Assembly (NCBI GenBank): GCA_021801125.1
Contig: JAJYYI010000042.1
Location: 2,975 to 66,974 of the forward strand
DNA: 64,000 nt
Source of the DNA: Deltaproteobacteria bacterium
GTDB taxonomy: Bacteria > Desulfobacterota > Binatia > Binatales > Binataceae
Reading direction: 5' to 3'
Below are positions 57,359 through 64,000 of the stretch, one piece after another. Positions within the stretch are counted from its first letter, which is position 1. Each line of letters starts with the position of its first letter. The notes under the pieces were generated by a model that saw only the letters and a list, made by a program, of their open reading frames with translations, did no database searches and was not told where the DNA came from. The translations under genes and the position numbers were made by a program.

Positions 57359-58375
57359 TCAGTTCTTGGCGCGGTCGACCAGGCGCTGGCTTTCGAGCCA
57401 CGGCATGAAGGAGCGCAAGCGATTGCCGACGGCCTCAATCGGATGGCGCTCCGCTTCCGCGCGCAACTCACGAAAGCGCGGCAGGCCGGCGCGATATTCC
57501 TGAATCCATTCGTTGGCAAATTTGCCGGACTGAACGTCGGCGAGAATCTGCTTCATTGCTGCCCGCGACGGTTCACCGATGACCTTCTTTCCGCGGGTCA
57601 TGTCGCCGTACTCGGCCGTATTGCTAACCGAGTAGCGCATATTTCGGATGCCGCCCTCGTAGATCAGGTCGACGATTAGCTTCACCTCATGCACGCACTC
57701 GAAATAGGCCATCTCCGGTGCGTAGCCGGCCTCGACCAATGTTTCAAAGCCGGCTCTAATGAGTTCGGTCAGACCTCCGCACAAGACCGACTGCTCTCCG
57801 AACAGGTCGGTCTCCGTTTCCTCCTTGAAGGTGGTCTCCAAAATCGCGGCCCGACCACCGCCGATCGCGGCGCCGTACGCAAGGCCGACCTGGTGCGTGT
57901 TCCCCGATGGATCCTGATGCACGGCGAGCAAACAGGGCACCCCACGCCCCTGGGTGTATTCGGACCGCACCAAGTGGCCGGGGCCCTTGGGAGCGATCAT
58001 GAAGACGTTGACGTCAGGCGGGGCGACGATGAATTTGAAATGGATATTGAATCCGTGGCCGAAGGCCAGCGATTTGCCCGCCTTGAGCGCCGGCGCGATC
58101 TGAGCCTGATAAATCTCAGACATCATCTCGTCGGGCGTGAGCATCATGATGATATCCGCTTCGCGTGCAGCCTGCGCGGTCTCGGCGACGGCCAACCCCT
58201 GGTTTATCGCCTTGGCCCACGAAGGACTGTTTTGCCGCAGCCCGACTCGCACGTCCACGCCGCTGTCGCGTAAATTGAGCGCGTGCGCGTGGCCTTGGCT
58301 GCCGAAGCCTATGATCGCGACCTTTTTCTTGGCCAACAGGGAAAGATCAGCATCCCGATCGTAGTAAATTTTCAC
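57359..58375 (-). CDS. ilvC: Ketol-acid reductoisomerase
   Basis: [32 protein letters not shown] and SNTAEYG motifs. Confidence 0.97.
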   Translation of the reverse strand: MKIYYDRDADLSLLAKKKVAIIGFGSQGHAHALNLRDSGVDVRVGLRQNSPSWAKAINQGLAVAETAQAAREADIIMMLTPDEMMSEIYQAQIAPALKAGKSLAFGHGFNIHFKFIVAPPDVNVFMIAPKGPGHLVRSEYTQGRGVPCLLAVHQDPSGNTHQVGLAYGAAIGGGRAAILETTFKEETETDLFGEQSVLCGGLTELIRAGFETLVEAGYAPEMAYFECVHEVKLIVDLIYEGGIRNMRYSVSNTAEYGDMTRGKKVIGEPSRAAMKQILADVQSGKFANEWIQEYRAGLPRFRELRAEAERHPIEAVGNRLRSFMPWLESQRLVDRAKN

Positions 58376-58897
58376 TCATCCCTCCTCCCGTGCCTGGCGC
58401 TGATTGCCGTTGAGTTGTACCGATCGCGCCATCGCTACGCTGCCTGTCCGCACTATTTCCTTGATTCCGAACGGGCGCACCAAGGCGACAAATGCCTTGA
58501 GCTTTTCGTTATCGCCTGTGATTTCCACGGTCAGCGCGCGCGGGCCGATATCTACCACGTGCCCGCGAAAGGCGGTGACGATGGAGTCAAGCTCGGCCCG
58601 ATTGCGCTCGTCGACCGCGACCTTGACCATCATCATTTCCCGCTCGACCGTATCAACTCCCTGGAAGTCGAGGACTTTGATTACCGGAACCAGCTTGTTC
58701 AGTTGCTTGTTGATCTGCTCGAGAATCTCATCAGGGCCGGCGGTGACCAGGACGATCTTCGACACCGTTGGGTCAAGGGGCTCTTCGTTGACCGTCAGGC
58801 ACTGGATATTGAATCCACGGCCGGCGAACAACCCAACGACCCTGGCGAGAACGCCGAATTGATTTTCGACCAGAATTGAAATCGTATGACGCGGCAT
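58376..58897 (-). CDS. ilvN: Acetolactate synthase small (regulatory) subunit
   Basis: HTISILVEN..GVLARV..LF..RGFNI, EQI.KQLNKL and EIVRTG motifs. Confidence 0.94.
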   Translation of the reverse strand: MPRHTISILVENQFGVLARVVGLFAGRGFNIQCLTVNEEPLDPTVSKIVLVTAGPDEILEQINKQLNKLVPVIKVLDFQGVDTVEREMMMVKVAVDERNRAELDSIVTAFRGHVVDIGPRALTVEITGDNEKLKAFVALVRPFGIKEIVRTGSVAMARSVQLNGNQRQAREEG

Positions 58898-58975
58898 GTG
58901 TATGGGAACGAGATCCTATTTGGTTAAACGATGACGCCCCCGTGAGATGGAAAGTTGCGAACTTCGCGGTTCGGG

Positions 58976-59203
58976 TCAAGCTGACTGACGATAACGCGAC
59001 AGGATTTGCATGATCCTATCTTTCGACGCAAGTTTGAGCTTTTGAATTCGCTTTTGCTCTACTTCTTCCTCGGCGGTAAGGTACACTTTTTTGCGTAGCG
59101 CATCGAGCTTCTGTTTGAACTCCAGATGCTCGTCGTAGGCCGCCCGCAACTCCTCGTCATGCGCAGCATGCTCCTGGATAAGCCGTTCTTCTCTCGGCTC
59201 CAT
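58976..59203 (-). CDS. DUF465/YdcH family protein
   Basis: 75 aa; EH...LT.EEE...KLKL..KD.I pattern; GGAGG RBS. Confidence 0.85.
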   Translation of the reverse strand: MEPREERLIQEHAAHDEELRAAYDEHLEFKQKLDALRKKVYLTAEEEVEQKRIQKLKLASKDRIMQILSRYRQSA

Positions 59204-59236
59204 GGATTCATTCCTCCATCCATTTTTACTGTTTGG

Positions 59237-59965
59237 TCACCTCGTAATCGGTTGTGGGAGCCGTGCTTGCGCCGGTCGTACGTACAGGGGCTCAAGAGAT
59301 GCCACTGAGTCGGTACGACCGGCGGCAATGCGCGCCGCGCCTATGGCGCTGAGGGCCGCCGCGCATCTTTCGGGTGTCGGAAAAATGAAAATCGCCCCGC
59401 GCCCCGAGGCAAGCGTGCGCAGTCGTTCCTCGATTGACGCAGCGTCGCCGCTCACTAAAGCGAGTCCTTCCGTTATCGACGCCGATAGGCCCGCGACGTC
59501 GAGCAGCTCTGACGGCGACGTCTGCTCCAGTCCGTCCTCGTTGACTCGGAAGGCAGCGCTATAGAATTCGTTCCGCCGCGCGTCGATTATCACACGGACC
59601 TCCGCACCGTTACGTACCTCCGGATGGTCCAAGGCGCAGGCCGCCATGCTTTCGAAGGTGGACACGCCGACTATGGGGCAACCGGCGGCGAAGGCCAGCC
59701 CCTTACCGTAGCTGAGGGCGATTCTCACGCCAGTGAACGAGCCGGGTCCGACACCGACCGCGACTCCTCTTAACTCGCTCAACTCGACGCCCGCGCGCCT
59801 GAGCAGCGCTTCAACCATCAGCGGCAGGCTTGCTGCGTGTGATTGATTTGCTTTGCCGGTCGCAGTGCCAAGGACAGCCTGTTTATTGACCAGTCCCAGG
59901 AGCATCGGAGAGGCGGCCGTATCTAATCCTAGGACCAAGCCGGCCGCTGCGGCTTGGCCAAGCAA
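59237..59965 (-). CDS. tsaB: tRNA t6A biosynthesis protein TsaB
   Basis: LGLDTA, GPGSFTGVRI, DARR.E and LEPLYVR motifs; start uncertain. Confidence 0.9.
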   Translation of the reverse strand: MLGQAAAAGLVLGLDTAASPMLLGLVNKQAVLGTATGKANQSHAASLPLMVEALLRRAGVELSELRGVAVGVGPGSFTGVRIALSYGKGLAFAAGCPIVGVSTFESMAACALDHPEVRNGAEVRVIIDARRNEFYSAAFRVNEDGLEQTSPSELLDVAGLSASITEGLALVSGDAASIEERLRTLASGRGAIFIFPTPERCAAALSAIGAARIAAGRTDSVASLEPLYVRPAQARLPQPITR

Positions 59966-59969
59966 CTGT

Positions 59970-61355
59970 TCAACCTTGTGCAAGCCGCGTAATGTCATTG
60001 AAGATTACAAACGCCATTAACGCCGCCAGCAGCACGAGGCCCGCCTGCTGAGCAAGCTCGCGATGGCGCACCTGCAGCGGACGGCCTCGTAAGCCCTCGA
60101 TCGCGAAAAAAAGCAGATGGCCCCCGTCGAGCATCGGCACCGGGAAAAGATTGATAATGCCAAGCTCAAGGCTCAGCATCGCCATGAAGAGGCCTAGATT
60201 GGCCACGCCCTGATGGGCCTGCTCGCCAGCCAACCGCGCGATCATTATCGGCCCTCCCAAGGTCTCGCGCAGAGGCGCGGCGCCGGTAACGATTCGAGCG
60301 ATTCCCCCGACCAGCATTGCAGTCATCTTAGCGGTCTCGGTCAGCGCCCGTGCGCCGGCACTCAAGGGCCCGAAACGCTGCATATAAGCATCGCCGCGTG
60401 GCAGTACCCCAATGACCCACGGTCCTGACGCGCTGTTTGCCGGGTTTTGCCCCGATTCGCGCTGGGCGCGAATCACGGTTGTTAGCACCTGGCGCGCTCC
60501 CTGCTCCTGGCGCTCAAACTCGACACGAAGGGCGCGGCCGTCGCTCTTTTTGACCAAGTTCGACAACTCTTCCCAGCTTCTGACCGCCCGTTGGTCGATT
60601 CTAACGATGCGGTCTCCCGCGCGCAGACCCGCGTGCTCGGCGGGTAGGTTCGGCTTAACTTGTCCGATTACCGGCAGCAGAGTAGGCACGCCGTAGACAA
60701 AAACCAACGTCAAAATTACGGGCACGAAGAGGATGTTCGCCAACGGGCCGGCAAGGACGATCGCGGTGCGCTTGCCAAGCGGCTGAGTGGGAAAGGCTTG
60801 GCGTCGCAGCGCCCCAACCAGGCTTGCCGGCGGGGTTTCGCTCAACGTGTCCAAAGCCTTCTCCACGGAATCTTGCCGTACGACCTCCTCGACCAGCAAC
60901 GACTCTTCAGTTCGCAACTCGCGGCCGATTTGCTGCCGAAGGAGATTTGCGCCGTTTTCCCGCGCGCTCAGGCCGACGATGTTCTTGGCAACCTCGAGCA
61001 GTCGTTCGTCCTCGGCCGAATTCGCCGAAGCGGGCTGCGGCTGTCGCGAATCGGCCGCCAGCGCACATCTGCTAAGAAGGTCTCGACCGATCTCTCGCAA
61101 GTACGCCTTTACATCGGAGGCCCCAACCTCGTCAGCGACCTCATCGCCAAGCATCCGGACGTACCCGCCAAACGGGGCCGCACTCACTGCATACTCGGTC
61201 TCGCCCCATCGGACGCCGAACAACTTTGGGGGGTACCCCAGCGAGAAGCGCAGCACGCGTACGCCCGCGCGTTTAGCTACTAAAAAATGCCCAGTCTCAT
61301 GAACAATGATGAGAACGGCCAGGACGGCAACGGCGGCGACGATTGAGAGCAGCAT
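59970..61355 (-). CDS. rseP: RIP metalloprotease RseP with a large cytoplasmic insertion
   Basis: HETGH, GGYV, AGP..N, PDZ domain, GPIMI and NLFPVPMLDGGH motifs. Confidence 0.92.
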   Translation of the reverse strand: MLLSIVAAVAVLAVLIIVHETGHFLVAKRAGVRVLRFSLGYPPKLFGVRWGETEYAVSAAPFGGYVRMLGDEVADEVGASDVKAYLREIGRDLLSRCALAADSRQPQPASANSAEDERLLEVAKNIVGLSARENGANLLRQQIGRELRTEESLLVEEVVRQDSVEKALDTLSETPPASLVGALRRQAFPTQPLGKRTAIVLAGPLANILFVPVILTLVFVYGVPTLLPVIGQVKPNLPAEHAGLRAGDRIVRIDQRAVRSWEELSNLVKKSDGRALRVEFERQEQGARQVLTTVIRAQRESGQNPANSASGPWVIGVLPRGDAYMQRFGPLSAGARALTETAKMTAMLVGGIARIVTGAAPLRETLGGPIMIARLAGEQAHQGVANLGLFMAMLSLELGIINLFPVPMLDGGHLLFFAIEGLRGRPLQVRHRELAQQAGLVLLAALMAFVIFNDITRLAQG

Positions 61356-61396
61356 CGAGCGCTAAGTGTGGCCTCGCTTCCCTAGCGACGCCTACT

Positions 61397-62176
61397 TCAG
61401 CATAAACAATAATAGGTGAAGACGGCCGCGAAAACTAGGCTGTCGACCCGGTCCAAAAGCCCGCCGTGTCCGGGAAACATCCAGCCGGAGTCTTTGACCT
61501 TTCCCAGCCGTTTAAGCGACGATTCAACCAGGTCGCCAACCTGTCCCATAACGCTGATGCCTACCGCCAGGGCTAGCGTGGTCCCTAGATTAAGGCCAAG
61601 GCTACCCCATTGCCGCCAAGCCACCGCCAGCGCCAAGCTCGCGGCGAGCGAAGCCGTCGCGCCCTCAACCGTCTTGTTCGGGCTTACCTTGGGGATAAGT
61701 TTGATTCGGCCAATGCTTCGCCCGACGAAATAAGCGCTGGAATCGCCCGCCACTACCAGAGCCAGCATCAGTAGGAACGCCTCTTTTCCGCCGGGGCAAT
61801 TCCTCAACAAGGCGAAATAAGGGAACAACGTGGCGACGTAAATTGTCCCGAGAATGCCCGCGATTACGGGCGCCTCGGGAAGCTCTGCGCCCCAAACGGC
61901 TACCACCCCGGTCAGCAGCGTCGTTGCGATAATCACGGCGGCCGCCAAAACCCCGTTTCCGCCCGCTCGAAAGACGTAAAAAGCAAGCAGCAGGCCAGCG
62001 CTCACGAGCACGCGAAAACGCACCGAGCCAAGGTCGCCTATCGCGCCTGCTTCGCGCAGCCCCAAGGCGGTCACCACGGCGACGAGAGCGGTGAAGATCG
62101 TCGGCGGGATCGCAACCACCGCCGTCACCACTACCGGAAGGGCGACCAAGGCGGTCAGAACTCTGGTTCGCAGCAC
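61397..62176 (-). CDS. cdsA: Phosphatidate cytidylyltransferase
   Basis: DSSAYFVG, SPNKTVEG and GDLVES.LKR...KDSG..PGHGGLLDRVDS motifs. Confidence 0.95.
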   Translation of the reverse strand: MLRTRVLTALVALPVVVTAVVAIPPTIFTALVAVVTALGLREAGAIGDLGSVRFRVLVSAGLLLAFYVFRAGGNGVLAAAVIIATTLLTGVVAVWGAELPEAPVIAGILGTIYVATLFPYFALLRNCPGGKEAFLLMLALVVAGDSSAYFVGRSIGRIKLIPKVSPNKTVEGATASLAASLALAVAWRQWGSLGLNLGTTLALAVGISVMGQVGDLVESSLKRLGKVKDSGWMFPGHGGLLDRVDSLVFAAVFTYYCLC

Positions 62177-62183
62177 GCGCCGG

Positions 62184-62945
62184 TCAGTCCGAGCTTCGCA
62201 CTGCCCCGAAACGGCGCTCGCGCGTTTGGTAGGCCACGACGGCCCTTAGGAATTCGCGCTCACCGAAATCGGGCCATAAAGTCTCGGTGAAATAGAGCTC
62301 CGTATAGGCTAGCTGGTAGAGCAGGAAATTGGAGAGCCTAAGCTCGCCCGAGGTGCGTATCAAAAGGTCGGGATCGGGCAGATGGCCGGTGTGAAGCCTG
62401 CTGGCGATCAACGCTTCGTTGATTTGTTCAGGGTCGAGTTCTCCGCTTGCCGCGGCTCGGGCAATCGATTTAACCGCCTGGACAATTTCCTGTCGTCCGC
62501 CGTAGGACAGCGCCAGGGCCAAGGTCATGTCGGTGTTGGCCGCCGTAAGTCGTGTCGCCTCGTCCAGAACCATGCGTACGGCATGCGGCAGCTTAGCTTG
62601 GTCTCCCAGGATGATCAGCTTTATTCCACGCTTGCACAGCCGCTTGGTCTCAGTCATCAGATAGCGGCGCAGCAGCGCCATTAGGAAGCTTACCTCGGCT
62701 ATCGGCCGCTGCCAGTTCTCGTTAGAGAAGGCGAAAAGCGTCAGGTAGGGGATCCCCAGTTCGCGCGCCACCTCGATCACGGTTCGCGCGGAGTCTTTGC
62801 CGCGCCGATGGCCCTCGAGGCGAGACAAGCCACGGCGTGTCGCCCAACGCCCGTTTCCGTCCATGACGATTGCCACATGACGCGGCAATCGCGCGGGATC
62901 AAGAACCAGGGTCGGAAAATCTTCTAGCGGTAGTGAGAGCCCCAC
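62184..62945 (-). CDS. uppS: Undecaprenyl diphosphate synthase
   Basis: HVAIVMDGNGRWA, AFS.ENW.R, YGGR and DLLIRTSGE.RLSNF motifs. Confidence 0.96.
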   Translation of the reverse strand: MGLSLPLEDFPTLVLDPARLPRHVAIVMDGNGRWATRRGLSRLEGHRRGKDSARTVIEVARELGIPYLTLFAFSNENWQRPIAEVSFLMALLRRYLMTETKRLCKRGIKLIILGDQAKLPHAVRMVLDEATRLTAANTDMTLALALSYGGRQEIVQAVKSIARAAASGELDPEQINEALIASRLHTGHLPDPDLLIRTSGELRLSNFLLYQLAYTELYFTETLWPDFGEREFLRAVVAYQTRERRFGAVRSSD

Positions 62946-62988
62946 GGCGTTGGCTCGGCCAGGGCATGGCGAGGCCTTGTCAGCTTCG

Positions 62989-63561
62989 TCAGACCTGCAT
63001 TATTTCGGCTTCTTTCGCTGCAAGGACTTGATCGATTTTCGCGATCTGTTCGGTCGTGCTCTGCTGAATTTTGGCCTCGGCGCCTCGTAGCTCGTCCTCG
63101 CTCAGCCGTTTCTCCTTGTGCAGCTCGCGCAGCTTTTCGTTGGCGTCGCGCCGATGGTTGCGCACGGACACACGGAATTCTTCGGCTATTTTGCGCACGT
63201 GCTTAACCAGCTCTCGCCGGCGTTCCTCGCTTAGCTCCGGAATCGGGACCCTGATGATTTTGCCGTCGTTGACCGGCGTCAGCCCCAGATCGGAGGCGAG
63301 GATCGCCTTTTCAATCTCACCAAGGAGGCTCTTGTCGTAGGGCGTGACTACCATCAGCCGCGTTTCGGGAGCGGCCAATCCCGCCACCTGTTTGAGCGGT
63401 GTCTTGGTCCCGTAGCAGTTGACCATCAAGCCCTCGAGCAGCGCGGTTGAGGCCCGTCCGGTCCTGACCCTGGATAACTCGTGACGCAACGCCACAACGG
63501 CCTGCGTCATCTCCTGTCGGGTCTGTTCGAGCACCTGGTCTTTAGAGAGACCTTGGGTCAT
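62989..63561 (-). CDS. frr: Ribosome recycling factor
   Basis: RTGRAS, LGLTP.NDG, P.LSEERR, VRN.RRD and KEAEIM motifs. Confidence 0.96.
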   Translation of the reverse strand: MTQGLSKDQVLEQTRQEMTQAVVALRHELSRVRTGRASTALLEGLMVNCYGTKTPLKQVAGLAAPETRLMVVTPYDKSLLGEIEKAILASDLGLTPVNDGKIIRVPIPELSEERRRELVKHVRKIAEEFRVSVRNHRRDANEKLRELHKEKRLSEDELRGAEAKIQQSTTEQIAKIDQVLAAKEAEIMQV

Positions 63562-64000
63562 GGCTTAGGCCCTTCATCAACCCGTGTGCCCACGGGTTCG
63601 CCCATAATGACTCGTTTAATGTTACCGCGATGTCGTAAGTTGAATACTATAACGGGTAAGCGATAGTCCATACAGAGCGAAATTGCCGCCGCGTCCATGA
63701 CCTTGAGGTTATGGGTCAGCACGTCGATGTAAGTAAGATGGTCGAAACGCTTGGCTCCCGCCTCACGCATCGGGTCGCGGTCGTATATGCCATCCACGTC
63801 GTGACTTGCCTTCAGGATGATCTCGGCGCCGATCTCGGCTGCTCTCAAGCTCGCCGCGGTGTCGGTTGTGAAGTACGGGTTGCCGGTTCCGGCGGCGAAA
63901 ACCACAACGCGCCCTTTTTCGAGGTGGCGCACGGCGCGCCGCCTGATGTACGGCTCGCACACCGCCTGCATCTGAATCGCTGACAGCACGCGGGTTTGCA
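63558..64000 (-). CDS. pyrH: UMP kinase (5' part outside window)
   Basis: [31 protein letters not shown] and LKVMD motifs. Confidence 0.95.
   Translation of the reverse strand, partial: QTRVLSAIQMQAVCEPYIRRRAVRHLEKGRVVVFAAGTGNPYFTTDTAASLRAAEIGAEIILKASHDVDGIYDRDPMREAGAKRFDHLTYIDVLTHNLKVMDAAAISLCMDYRLPVIVFNLRHRGNIKRVIMGEPVGTRVDEGPKP

Overview
GC-rich bacterial chromosome segment. Gene order (maf-yggS-proC-yggT; pyrH-frr-uppS-cdsA-rseP-tsaB-DUF465-ilvN-ilvC-psd-pssA) suggests a deltaproteobacteria-related lineage such as Binatota; this is inference only. Housekeeping blocks flank several metal/cofactor and redox modules. (1) A hidden UGA-recoded selenoprotein (U-G-S-C-T-T-C, with an immediate SECIS hairpin) that the ORF track splits in two, co-transcribed with a CxxC thioredoxin-fused protein of unknown function. 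(2) A TetR-EmrAB efflux unit with twin operators. (3) tRNA-Gly(CCC). (4) A bufferin-type MNIO (DUF692) RiPP cluster with an atypical 5-Cys precursor and a divergent ECF sigma/soluble zinc anti-sigma pair. (5) A cobalamin-riboswitch-controlled anaerobic cbi operon with a CbiC-CbiE fusion and an embedded ChuX/HutX-like gene. (6) A Tat-Rieske plus PQQ dehydrogenase pair with a lanthanide-type Asp and no vicinal Cys-Cys. (7) A combined caa3 oxidase and Rieske/cytochrome b-c operon. Two genes are disrupted: a P-type ATPase (frameshift) and a DUF1203 gene (amber stop). No CRISPR array, prophage or transposase was seen. All calls come from motif recognition by eye, without database searches.
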